Source of the DNA: a virus
Lineage: Duplodnaviria; Caudoviricetes
DNA: 64,000 nucleotides
Virus record (IMG/VR): IMGVR_UViG_3300025867_000005
Strand: one strand, 5' to 3'
Shown: piece by piece, positions 27,730 to 37,170 of the stretch
How the letters are laid out: the number at the start of each line of letters is the position of its first letter
Position numbering within the stretch: the first letter of the stretch is position 1
Program-made: the position numbers and the translations under genes
The notes under the pieces: model-generated
Databases searched by the model: none
What the model was told of the DNA's origin: nothing
The model's input: only the letters and a program-made list of their open reading frames with translations

Positions 27730-29514
27730 ATGGCAAAAGACAACCTCATAAATGAAATCGCAAATGAATTTATAGTCGGTGGAGATCCGAATAGCAGGTG
27801 CGCCGACATTATTACATTTGTTGAAGCGAATTGGGGATTCGGAATCAAACTCAGACCGGCACAAAGGGTAATCCTGAAGATGCTCTACGGGCTTCCTCTG
27901 GATGAAAATGAAGAATTCCCCATTTATGATGTTGTCAAAGAAAAGGTCATCGGGAAATTTACTGAAAAGACATTCGTAAAATGGCTTCATCTAAATAAAA
28001 GGTGTAACTACGAAGACACCCCAGGTAAGCAGATTAAAGAACTTGTGCTTGTTGCCGGAAGGCGTAGCGGCAAGTCCATGATTTCAGCCTGTATCATCGG
28101 CTACGAGCTCTATAAGCTTGTCCTTCTGGGGGACCCAGCCAAACACTACGGCAAACCTTCCCAAGCGTCTATCAAGGTTTTGAACGTGGCACCGACAGAT
28201 GAACAGGCGGGAGTTGTGTTCGATGTCGCAAGTACGGCGATTGACCATTGCCCGATTCTTAAGAACAGGGTTTGCAACAGGACCCAGACGTACTTCAGTC
28301 TTTTTACAGATGAAGATATTGCCAACGGTAAAAACAAAGCCAGCCTTTCCTTTATTACTGGCGGTTGCAGTTCCAATGGTTTGCGTGGACACGATGCCAT
28401 TGTCGTTTGTATGGACGAAATGGCTTTCTTTATCAGTAATGAAGCGTCTAAATTCAGTGGAGAAGAAGTCTACAAGGGACTTACGCCTAGCGTAAAAGGG
28501 TTTAAAGGCGACGGCAAAGTCATTTGCATAAGTTCTCCAAAAGCGAAATACGGCAAATTCTACAGGCAGTTTCTTGCTGGTATGGAAGAAAAGGAATCCA
28601 GTAGCCTTTGTATTCAGATGTATACGGCGATGATGAATCCAGACCTTATCACAAGTGAAGACTTGAAGATAGAACGCAGAAGAAACAGAAATGGATTTAT
28701 GGCGGAATTCGGAGCTGAATTCAGTGATAGTATTTCTGCTTGGGTGGACGATCCTGATGAATTCCGTTCTTGTGTCGACCCTTTCTATATCAAACCGACC
28801 AGAGGGAAGGGAGAAGTAAGGTATTATGCTGGTCTTGACCTCGGATTCAAGAATGACGGGGCGGCATTAGCCATAAGCCATGATGAAGAAGGGATAATAA
28901 CGCTTGACTATGCTTCTGTTTGGTTTAGTGCTAGTTCAGACATATGGCAAGCCGAACAGTCGATCTATTCCAAATGTGACAAGTACAAGCATTTGAACAG
29001 GCTTCTGATGGAAGATATCGCGAAAGAGATTGAAGATGCCAATAAACGGTTTCCTATAACTTCAGGGATAATGGATAGCAAAGAAGCTTACGGAATGTCT
29101 GAAATAATGAAGAAGAACGGAATTGATTATTTCGAAGCCGTTTCGACAAGTCTTTCTTTCAACTCTGAGGTTTATGAAGTAGTCAAAAGTCTTTACACGG
29201 AAAAACTATTAAGACTTTATGAAGACCCTGTTTTGATCCCTGAAGTTCTGATGTTGGAAGCGACACTCGTAGACGGAGGCAAGACGAGATATGATGTCTG
29301 TGCACCGGCACGTCCGGGATGCCATGATGATATCAGTGAAGCATGGGCGCGAAGTGTATATTGCTGCTACAATGATGTGAAAAGGACTATCCATAAACCG
29401 ACAGTCAAAAGTCCGTTTGTTAATAGCAGGTTGGCGACAGTCGTACGGTACAATATGTTGAGAGAAGGAAACGGTAGAACAGTAAGAACAGGAAACGTAA
29501 GGAGATTTTACTAA
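27730..29514 (+). CDS. terL: Terminase large subunit
   Basis: Q motif RPAQ, Walker A GRRSGKS, Walker B VCMDE, coupling motif ISSP, RNase H nuclease GLDLG and HDD. Confidence 0.9.
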   Translation: MAKDNLINEIANEFIVGGDPNSRCADIITFVEANWGFGIKLRPAQRVILKMLYGLPLDENEEFPIYDVVKEKVIGKFTEKTFVKWLHLNKRCNYEDTPGKQIKELVLVAGRRSGKSMISACIIGYELYKLVLLGDPAKHYGKPSQASIKVLNVAPTDEQAGVVFDVASTAIDHCPILKNRVCNRTQTYFSLFTDEDIANGKNKASLSFITGGCSSNGLRGHDAIVVCMDEMAFFISNEASKFSGEEVYKGLTPSVKGFKGDGKVICISSPKAKYGKFYRQFLAGMEEKESSSLCIQMYTAMMNPDLITSEDLKIERRRNRNGFMAEFGAEFSDSISAWVDDPDEFRSCVDPFYIKPTRGKGEVRYYAGLDLGFKNDGAALAISHDEEGIITLDYASVWFSASSDIWQAEQSIYSKCDKYKHLNRLLMEDIAKEIEDANKRFPITSGIMDSKEAYGMSEIMKKNGIDYFEAVSTSLSFNSEVYEVVKSLYTEKLLRLYEDPVLIPEVLMLEATLVDGGKTRYDVCAPARPGCHDDISEAWARSVYCCYNDVKRTIHKPTVKSPFVNSRLATVVRYNMLREGNGRTVRTGNVRRFY

Positions 29515-30002
29515 TGGATATTAAAGCTTTACAGGCGGTCGCTTCTGTAGAAAGAAAGCTGGAAGAAAAAAGCGCTTTAGAACAACTGAAAAGAATCGAG
29601 CCATATATCAAAGATGTTCCTATGGCGGCACAGGTGGCTTCATATATAAAAACCTATCACCAGCCGATACCAGAAAACCATCAAGTCTTTTCATATATTT
29701 CTGATTTTGAAAAGAGAAAGAACCAAAAACAGACTTTTTCGAAAGAAAATGGGAAAGATCCAGAAAAAGAAGAATCGGCTTACGGAGAAGAGGAAAAGAA
29801 AGATGACAACAAGAATACCGATCTTTTTGATATTATTGATAAATCTCTTAAAGAAATGGAAGAAGAAAATGACAAGCTTTGGTACTTCCTTGAACAGCAC
29901 CGCATGGAATTGCAATCAGATTATGAATTCAGAAGCAAATTCATGCAAATCCGATCATATTTGAAAAACAACAAATCCATTTTGAAAAGATTCGGGAGAT
30001 AA
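29514..30002 (+). CDS. Hypothetical protein
   Basis: Translationally coupled between TerL and portal. Confidence 0.6.
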   Translation: MDIKALQAVASVERKLEEKSALEQLKRIEPYIKDVPMAAQVASYIKTYHQPIPENHQVFSYISDFEKRKNQKQTFSKENGKDPEKEESAYGEEEKKDDNKNTDLFDIIDKSLKEMEEENDKLWYFLEQHRMELQSDYEFRSKFMQIRSYLKNNKSILKRFGR

Positions 30003-32176
30003 TGACAATGAGCAAAAAGAATAGATTGCGTAAAAAGATGCGAGAGATGAATTTTGCCAGTATCCCGCAGATGCCAGCAGTTACTTCTCCTATGAGAAAT
30101 CCAGAAGATGAAATGCTAAGCAAAGCTAAACGCAATGTTTCAGAGATCGAAGGTCGTTTGGCAAAAAAGACGATGATCGCCGGGATGTCAAGAACGGCAG
30201 GAATGATGATCGACGGATATTCTTCAACAATCAGTAATTACACGCCTGGATTCGTTCTTGAAAGCTATAGGAACAGTTATGCCAGCGGTTTGGGTATCAA
30301 GTCCGGCGTCTACGATATCCCTTCTTTCATCACATTGATGAACTCTAAAAACGGAGGAATCATTCAATGGCCGTCTTGCCTTCAAGAGAAGTTCTCATGG
30401 TTTCGCTGGTACGCGAGAAGTGATTCCCTTGTCGGCAGGGCTTTGGATCTTCTTACCGACCTTCCTAGAACCAAAATAACCTTGACGATTCCGAAATTTG
30501 TTCCTGAAGAGAGAAGAGACGAAGTTAAGGAATTATTTGAAGACCAAGTAAGAACACTTGAACTTTTCAAGAAAAGCGGGGATATCCTGTATGAACGTAA
30601 TTGCATAGGAATGGTGTATCTGTTTTGTGAATGGGATAAAGAAAACAGACTTTGGAAACGTATACAAATGCTTCCTCCTGAAGAAGTCTTTGTTTTCGAA
30701 ATCGGTTTCAGCGAAGAGAAAAGGATTGAATACCGTCCGAGACGTTATATTCAAATGCTTCAGGGCAGCGTAAGCAACCACAACAACAATCTTGAAGAAG
30801 AAATAATCGACAACGTTCCTAAAGAAATTGTAGATGCCATTACTCAAGACGGGTATATCGCTTTGGATTGGAACCATATGAACGGAAGTTTTTGCGAATG
30901 CATCGCAAGAAGGAAAAGCCCGTATATGGATGTCAGCCCTTCTATCCTTGACAGAATCCTGACGCCTCTACAACTTAAGGACTTCTACAAGTTTACCCAG
31001 TTGGCACTTGCAAGCCGCAATATGTCTCCGAAATATCTTCTCAAGGCTCCGAATGCCACAATAGAAGAACTTGAAGATTTGCGTATGCAGTGGGATATCA
31101 GCTATAATGAACCAGACTATTCAATCGCTGGAAACTACGAATACAGCATCGACAAACTTGACAGCAGGGACAGGCTTCTGGATATCGGTTCAGAAATTGA
31201 ACGTCTGGATAATGAAATTTATGTCGGCTTGGGAATTACGAAGGAAATGTTGACTGGAGAAGGAAGTTATTCCGGAAGCAAGACAACGACTGACATTCTG
31301 AATACGATGTTTATGCAGGAACGTGAAACGCTTGTCGACTTCTTTGAAAACAAACTGTTTATCCCTATTTGTGAAGCCAGAGGATGGTATACAATCGGAA
31401 AGAACAACATCAAGAAATACTGGTGTCCTAAAGTCGGTTTCAACAGGCTTACGATTCGTGATAACGATGAAGTCTTTCAGAACCTATTCCAACTCTATCA
31501 GAAGGGAAGTCTTCCGATCGAAATCATCTATGAGCTGTTCAATCTTGATGCTTCTGAAGTCAGTGAAAAGCTTTACCAAGATTTGTTCACTGTCAGAGAC
31601 AGCAGTTTTAATGAACTTATCCGTAGCCTTCTAAGTGAAGCCGCAAGTAATCTCGGAGAGAAATCAAACTTCTCAGAAATCATTGCAAAGTATCTTAACC
31701 TTAAGGTACAAGAACAACCACAAGCAGGTGGGCAAGAAGGCGGTGGAGAAGGTGGAATGCCAGACTTGCCTTCTCTATTGGGTGGACAAGCAGGTGGGCA
31801 GGAAGGCGATCAAGAAACCGGTGGACAGGAAGCACAACAAACAAGTGATGAATCTCAGAAATTCCTCGAACAGGCTTTGGCTCCGGGACTAGGTGAAACC
31901 GTCCCGGAACCTGGTCAGCAGGAACCCGCAAAAGAAGAACCAGAAGAAGGAAAATTAGATATTGATTCCATATCTGATGCCGTTGCGGAGGAATTGCCTT
32001 CAGATGCTTCTCCAGAAGATATCATTCAAAAATTGATTTCTAAAGAAAAGCAATGGGATACTTTGACTCAATATGAGAAAGAAGTCGTTATTGACGATTG
32101 TATTCGGGATTTACCTTCCGACGCGACTCCGCAGCAAATACTTGAACAGATTGTCATTAAAGCAGGAGGCCTGTAA
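30002..32176 (+). CDS. Portal protein with long acidic C-terminal extension
   Basis: Position after TerL; DSLVGRALDL, GLGITKEMLTGEGSYS; GGQEGG low-complexity tail. Confidence 0.75.
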   Translation: MTMSKKNRLRKKMREMNFASIPQMPAVTSPMRNPEDEMLSKAKRNVSEIEGRLAKKTMIAGMSRTAGMMIDGYSSTISNYTPGFVLESYRNSYASGLGIKSGVYDIPSFITLMNSKNGGIIQWPSCLQEKFSWFRWYARSDSLVGRALDLLTDLPRTKITLTIPKFVPEERRDEVKELFEDQVRTLELFKKSGDILYERNCIGMVYLFCEWDKENRLWKRIQMLPPEEVFVFEIGFSEEKRIEYRPRRYIQMLQGSVSNHNNNLEEEIIDNVPKEIVDAITQDGYIALDWNHMNGSFCECIARRKSPYMDVSPSILDRILTPLQLKDFYKFTQLALASRNMSPKYLLKAPNATIEELEDLRMQWDISYNEPDYSIAGNYEYSIDKLDSRDRLLDIGSEIERLDNEIYVGLGITKEMLTGEGSYSGSKTTTDILNTMFMQERETLVDFFENKLFIPICEARGWYTIGKNNIKKYWCPKVGFNRLTIRDNDEVFQNLFQLYQKGSLPIEIIYELFNLDASEVSEKLYQDLFTVRDSSFNELIRSLLSEAASNLGEKSNFSEIIAKYLNLKVQEQPQAGGQEGGGEGGMPDLPSLLGGQAGGQEGDQETGGQEAQQTSDESQKFLEQALAPGLGETVPEPGQQEPAKEEPEEGKLDIDSISDAVAEELPSDASPEDIIQKLISKEKQWDTLTQYEKEVVIDDCIRDLPSDATPQQILEQIVIKAGGL

Positions 32177-32179
32177 GGA

Positions 32180-32917
32180 ATGAAAAGAGATGTAAGAAAG
32201 ATGATCTTGGCGGCGGTTGTTAGAAAGGCTAAAGATTTGACAGATGAAGAAATCCTTAGTCTGTATCATTCCGTAAAGGAAAAACTTCAGGGACAGAGCA
32301 AACCAGGTGAACAAGTTATCCCTGAAACACCTGGACCTGAACCCGCTGAACAAATTGAAGAAGAGAAGATGCCTTCGCAAGAAGAAACGGACACTTCATC
32401 TGAAGACAGCATAGATGACCTTTTGAAAGATTTGGGGCTGGACGAAGATGAAGAACCTCAAACAGCGGAATTGGGTGAATCAAATGAAGCACTGAAGCCA
32501 GAAGTACAGGAAACGCCGCCCGAACAGAATCCTGAGCCACAAGAAGTCAATGCTTCAGTAGAACCAGAATCTTTAGACGTTCCGGAAATAACAACGGGTC
32601 AAGATTCTTTGGTTACTAGGTTTGAAGATGATAAGACAGAGAAAATGATTGAGAAGATTACTGAAAGACTCCTGAAACAGGATGAATTCAGCCCTGACAA
32701 GTTTAAAACCGCAAGCAAGGGCCAACAGCTCAATAGAAAAGATAAAGATTTGATGGCTGATGGTGTCACAAAACCGAAATATGGAGAAGGAGAAGGAATC
32801 CGTGCGCCAAGGCTTGACGAGAGAGACCCGAATGCAGTAAGATACAAAAAGAATGAAGCTGATAGGGACCCTGAAAACGACAATGACAAGGACGTGAAAA
32901 CGTCTTCTGTGGATTGA
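32180..32917 (+). CDS. Acidic hypothetical (head-associated?) protein
   Basis: E/P/D-rich ORF following the portal. Confidence 0.6.
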   Translation: MKRDVRKMILAAVVRKAKDLTDEEILSLYHSVKEKLQGQSKPGEQVIPETPGPEPAEQIEEEKMPSQEETDTSSEDSIDDLLKDLGLDEDEEPQTAELGESNEALKPEVQETPPEQNPEPQEVNASVEPESLDVPEITTGQDSLVTRFEDDKTEKMIEKITERLLKQDEFSPDKFKTASKGQQLNRKDKDLMADGVTKPKYGEGEGIRAPRLDERDPNAVRYKKNEADRDPENDNDKDVKTSSVD

Positions 32918-32965
32918 AACAAATATCTTTCTTATATTCCTGCCAATGGAGGAGAATATTACGGC

Positions 32966-33094
32966 ATGTATCTTCCGACAGGAATAAAGCCACTAAAAGA
33001 AGGAGACAAACTAGAACTTGGTGGAAAGTCCGTAGTCGTTCAGACGGTTAAAACATCACTTGAAATCGAAAAGGAAGGGGTGGTCCTATCGTAA
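32966..33094 (+). CDS. Small hypothetical protein (42 aa)
   Basis: Read manually: GGAGGAG SD then MYLPTGIKPLKEGDKLELGG...; same frame as the upstream ORF. Confidence 0.4.
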   Translation: MYLPTGIKPLKEGDKLELGGKSVVVQTVKTSLEIEKEGVVLS

Positions 33095-33175
33095 ACGAAA
33101 TGAAAGCTAATGGAATGGCTTTTCTGGTAAATTGTTTGCCAGAAGGACATGAATGGCTCAAGAAAGGCTAAAAAA

Positions 33176-34633
33176 ATGAACATTGAAAGAATGGCGAAAC
33201 AAATTATTTCTTCATTTGCAGAGAAGGAAGCTGAACGCTTTTTCAGATCCTATTTGCCAAAGACCTCTTGGAAGAACCACGTTTTTTCAGTTGGTGGTTA
33301 TGTCAGAGATGAAATTTTGGGTTTGGATGCCAAAGACCTAGACGTTGTGATCGACATTAAAGGCGGGCCAGAAAAGCTTACCAAACAACTTCACGCCCTG
33401 TTTTCAAAGGAAACGACATTCCCAGTGAACATGGGCAATTATCCGATATGGCAAATCACCTTTAAGGAAGACATAATTTGGGAAGGAGAAACTTTCAGGA
33501 CGAAAGGTGCCGTAATTGAATTCGCGGAAACCATGAAGGAAAGTTATCCCGATCCCAACAGCAGACAGAGAAGCACGGAATTCGCGGATTTGGATTCTGA
33601 TGTGAAACGTCGTGATTTTACAACAAACATGATGATGAAGGATTTGAGTAACGGCGAATTTATAGACCTCACTGGCGTCAGCAAATCAGACATTCAAAAA
33701 GGTGTTTTGAGAGGTCATCCTGATGTTGATTTCAACATGATTCTTAACCAAGATCCGTTGCGTATGATGAGACTCGTCAGATTCGCATGTAAATACGGAT
33801 GGACTGTGCCTCTTTCTGTTTTGAAAGCCGTTAAGGCTAATGCCGCAAGGATTCAGACGATTTCTGAAGAACGGATTCGGGATGAACTCATTAAGATAAT
33901 GAAACTCGGCAAGCTTCAAAAAGCGATCAAATTCTTTGATGCCACAGGACTTTTGAAATTTATCTTCCCAGAGATCGAAGCATTGAAGGGAGTGAAACAG
34001 AATGAAATCCATCATTCCGAAGGTGATACTTTTAAGCACACAATGATGGTTTTGCAGAATTCCAAGCCTGGTATTGAAAGCCAATTGTCTGCTTTGCTTC
34101 ATGATGCCGGTAAGGCTTCAACGACGGAATTGATTAACGGTGCTATTCATAGTTACGGTCATGAAAAGGTAAGTGGAGAAATAGCAGAAGCTGTGTGCAG
34201 GCGGCTCAAATTCGATACCGGAGTTATCCACAATGTCAGGAAAATCGTAGAGAACCATATGCGTCCACACGCACTTAAGGATGCCGGGACGGCAGGAATA
34301 CGGAAATTCATACGGGAAGTCGGGGATGAGATTGTAGATGCCGTAATTGATTTAGCAAGAGCCGATGAAATCGGAAAGCTGCCTAAAGGTGACAATATTC
34401 CATCTCTTATGAAAAAGGTGGAAGAAGTGAGGAAAATCAAGCCTGTCAAGAAGAATGATTCCATACTTAACGGTATCGAAATCATGAAGATTCTGAATAT
34501 CAAGCCGAGTGCCAAAATCAAAGAGATTATGTCCTTTCTTGAAGGGAAAGAAGACGAATATCTTGAAAAAGGCAAAGTCCTTGATAAAGAAACGGCTGAA
34601 AAACTTATCCTTGAAAAATTCAAAGGAGTGTAA
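33176..34633 (+). CDS. cca: CCA-adding enzyme (class II tRNA nucleotidyltransferase) with HD domain
   Basis: VGGYVRD, DLD, RRDFT.N, DPLRMMRLVRF, ERIRDEL, LLHDAGK; no poly(A) polymerase G[RK]RF signature. Confidence 0.85.
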   Translation: MNIERMAKQIISSFAEKEAERFFRSYLPKTSWKNHVFSVGGYVRDEILGLDAKDLDVVIDIKGGPEKLTKQLHALFSKETTFPVNMGNYPIWQITFKEDIIWEGETFRTKGAVIEFAETMKESYPDPNSRQRSTEFADLDSDVKRRDFTTNMMMKDLSNGEFIDLTGVSKSDIQKGVLRGHPDVDFNMILNQDPLRMMRLVRFACKYGWTVPLSVLKAVKANAARIQTISEERIRDELIKIMKLGKLQKAIKFFDATGLLKFIFPEIEALKGVKQNEIHHSEGDTFKHTMMVLQNSKPGIESQLSALLHDAGKASTTELINGAIHSYGHEKVSGEIAEAVCRRLKFDTGVIHNVRKIVENHMRPHALKDAGTAGIRKFIREVGDEIVDAVIDLARADEIGKLPKGDNIPSLMKKVEEVRKIKPVKKNDSILNGIEIMKILNIKPSAKIKEIMSFLEGKEDEYLEKGKVLDKETAEKLILEKFKGV

Positions 34634-34634
34634 A

Positions 34635-34856
34635 ATGGAAGACAACATGGAAGCGGTGGAACGGACAGATGAAAATATTGCAAACCTTTGGGGCATCTTT
34701 TCAGAAATGCTGAAAGACGCTTCTGCTTTCAATGCCGTCAATGTGCCGCAGCAGGCGGCGAAAGACAGAATGATTGAAATCCTTACACAGGCCATGTATC
34801 CTTATCTTGAAGAATATGCACAATGTACGCACGTCTTTGAACAAGGTACGGAATAG
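34635..34856 (+). CDS. Hypothetical protein
   Basis: SD AAGGAG, ATG at 34635. Confidence 0.55.
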   Translation: MEDNMEAVERTDENIANLWGIFSEMLKDASAFNAVNVPQQAAKDRMIEILTQAMYPYLEEYAQCTHVFEQGTE

Positions 34857-34884
34857 TTTTTGATATTCCTACCTGTTTTATAGG
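34856..34884 (+). promoter_or_regulatory. Putative late promoter
   Basis: TTTTTGATA-N13-TATAGG, matching the 24688 copy including the downstream TAAA. Confidence 0.6.
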
Positions 34885-34904
34885 TAAACAGAGAGGAAAT
34901 CAGA

Positions 34905-35288
34905 ATGTCAACTGTAATTAAAACGCATGAAATCAGCCACGGGCAGATGACTAATCCCGGACGTGTGTATTGGGAACCTGGGAAAAGGGATGTGGATTCA
35001 GATCCCAGAGAAGGAATAATGTATCGTGACGTGCATGTCCCTTGTCCGAATCCCGTAGTCGAAACCTTATCAAGAAACGGTTTTGGAAATATCCATACCT
35101 GCATTGATAATGGAACTGGAGTCTTGACGGCACAAAGCATCCCTGAACCTGTTGTTACCAAAACATCTGTAATTACCATCGTCGAAGCTGGCGTGGAAGG
35201 TACTCACGTTTTGAAAGAAACGGAACTAACAAATGTCAATGATATCGCCAAAACAGCAGGTGGATGGGGCTTTGAAGAAGAACCGTAA
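34905..35288 (+). CDS. Hypothetical protein
   Basis: SD GAGG upstream. Confidence 0.6.
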   Translation: MSTVIKTHEISHGQMTNPGRVYWEPGKRDVDSDPREGIMYRDVHVPCPNPVVETLSRNGFGNIHTCIDNGTGVLTAQSIPEPVVTKTSVITIVEAGVEGTHVLKETELTNVNDIAKTAGGWGFEEEP

Positions 35289-36147
35289 ACTTGTCTTGGG
35301 TTTCCTTTGCTTTGTATTAGCGGCATTCTTTTGTCAAGCTCAGACAAGGACATTCCCTATTCAAAACGGAAAGCTCAGGAACGATTTAGACGCTGATTTC
35401 AATACCATTACAAACCTAAAGGCAATCTCTTTTGCAGATAACGGTAGTAATGTTTATATCAATGCGTCTAATTTTCTGTATTTCTTTGAAGGCTTGTCAA
35501 AAAAACTTATCAACAAAGACGGAAGTTATGAATTCCTTGTGGTTAGCAATGCCAGACCCTATATGGTGACGACAAACGGAATGCGGGAAGTCACACTTCA
35601 AGGAGATACGTCTTTTATCAGGCAGTATGAACCAGAAGCGTTTATATCAAACCTAACGGTATATGGAACTCTTTGGGTAGAGACGGGAGATTCAGGAATA
35701 GATACGAATGACTATTCATTGATGTTTTCGAGTCTTACAAACGGAAGCATATCTACACTGAAGACAGACAACATGATCCTGAATAATTCCAAACTCGATT
35801 GGAATTCGATGGTTAATTTTTCGTGGTCGAATAATGTCCCTGTCAATATGACGGTTACGAACGATGTCTATACTTCAGCGACGGAATTAACTGTAAATGA
35901 ATGGACATATTGTGTCAGACATGAAGGGAAAGTAAAATCAGGAAAGGTTTACTTCAGCGTAAGGGATACACAGTTTGAAGGATCTAAAATCATAGGTGTG
36001 AATCCTGTCGAAGAAGTATTTTCTGTAGATACTGAGATGCTAGATAGGAATATCGACATTATTACAGACGGGCACAAAGTTCAAATCGTTACTTCCGGTG
36101 CAGGCAATTGGTCATTCTATGGTTTCAGCAGGGGGATTTCCCAATAA
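35272..36147 (+). CDS. Signal-peptide, Asn/Thr-rich beta protein
   Basis: Likely TTG start giving MKKNRKLVLGFLCFVLAAFFCQA|Q. Confidence 0.55.
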   Translation: MKKNRKLVLGFLCFVLAAFFCQAQTRTFPIQNGKLRNDLDADFNTITNLKAISFADNGSNVYINASNFLYFFEGLSKKLINKDGSYEFLVVSNARPYMVTTNGMREVTLQGDTSFIRQYEPEAFISNLTVYGTLWVETGDSGIDTNDYSLMFSSLTNGSISTLKTDNMILNNSKLDWNSMVNFSWSNNVPVNMTVTNDVYTSATELTVNEWTYCVRHEGKVKSGKVYFSVRDTQFEGSKIIGVNPVEEVFSVDTEMLDRNIDIITDGHKVQIVTSGAGNWSFYGFSRGISQ

Positions 36148-36395
36148 TGAAGACCAAAGTACATCTATCAGAAGCCCAATATCAAGGACTTGTAAACAAA
36201 GATGCCAACACCATTTATGTTACTGAATCCGGGACATATTTCGGAACCAAGAAGGTCATTACCCAAAAACCTACCGACATAACAGAACTCTTTGCGTTAA
36301 AAATAGGGAAATATGTCATTCAAGTAAATCAAGATTCCGGAGTATTGGAAATTCACAATACAGAGACAGATGATTTTTACGAGCTTACGACATGA
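36147..36395 (+). CDS. Hypothetical (tail-fibre-associated-like) protein
   Basis: LSEAQYQGLVNKDANTIYVT motif, of a kind common in phage fibre proteins. Confidence 0.5.
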   Translation: MKTKVHLSEAQYQGLVNKDANTIYVTESGTYFGTKKVITQKPTDITELFALKIGKYVIQVNQDSGVLEIHNTETDDFYELTT

Positions 36396-36697
36396 ATACT
36401 AACGGATACATACCTGAACTTTCTTACTATCCTACCCTTGGAACGGTTAAACGCGCTAGTGGTAAGGGTTGCCTGAATTGTATGCGCAAGAAAAACTGTA
36501 CGGAGTTCTATTGGCTTGTCAGATTCCAAGGTTTGGATACCGTTACACAGGATTTCGGGACTAGCTGCACCGCATTTTCTGAAAACCCTTCAGACAAAAG
36601 AGATCCGAAGGGAGAAGGAGAGCTCTATCAGAACTGGAAACTTAACAATGACAATATCGCACAGGAAGCAATACAAAACGGAGAAACAAGAGCGTGA
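36392..36697 (+). CDS. Cys-containing hypothetical protein
   Basis: CxxC...C...C pattern; ATGA overlap. Confidence 0.55.
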   Translation: MNTNGYIPELSYYPTLGTVKRASGKGCLNCMRKKNCTEFYWLVRFQGLDTVTQDFGTSCTAFSENPSDKRDPKGEGELYQNWKLNNDNIAQEAIQNGETRA

Positions 36698-37167
36698 GAA
36701 GGTTTAAACATCTTTTGACAGACGGAAGCAGCCCGTGGATAAAGAACGGATTCAATCTCACGTCTCTTGACAACATTGTGATTGTTTCAGAAAACGGTGA
36801 ATCACAGAAGCTTTCCGAATACCTTGTTATGATTTCGGCAATGGCTGGACGTGCGGCGGGTACAGAGGCGGAAGACAGAATCGCGGCACTAGAAGAAATT
36901 TTAGATATCCCGTCAGCTTCTGGTGACGGAGAACTAAGTATAACAACCCCAAACATTCTGACATTAACAGGAGACCTTACGTTTTCTAAACCAGCGAAAG
37001 AAAAATGGGTGGTCAGATTATATCTGGAATTCACTTCTGATTCCAATTTGTTTTGGGAAGGAGAAGAACAGCCTTTCTTAACAGGCACTTCTGGACAGAA
37101 GAAAAGTGCTGAAATCATCAAGTTCGGGGAAGGGAAATTTTCACTATCCATCAAGGAGATTATTTAA
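36694..37167 (+). CDS. Hypothetical protein
   Basis: GTGA overlap with the upstream gene. Confidence 0.55.
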   Translation: MRRFKHLLTDGSSPWIKNGFNLTSLDNIVIVSENGESQKLSEYLVMISAMAGRAAGTEAEDRIAALEEILDIPSASGDGELSITTPNILTLTGDLTFSKPAKEKWVVRLYLEFTSDSNLFWEGEEQPFLTGTSGQKKSAEIIKFGEGKFSLSIKEII

Positions 37168-37170
37168 ACC

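Noticed and set aside
26879-29514. Single TerL split by a frameshift or intron
   Set aside because: Both ORFs cover the same N-terminal ATPase region, so they are paralogs; the second is complete by itself.
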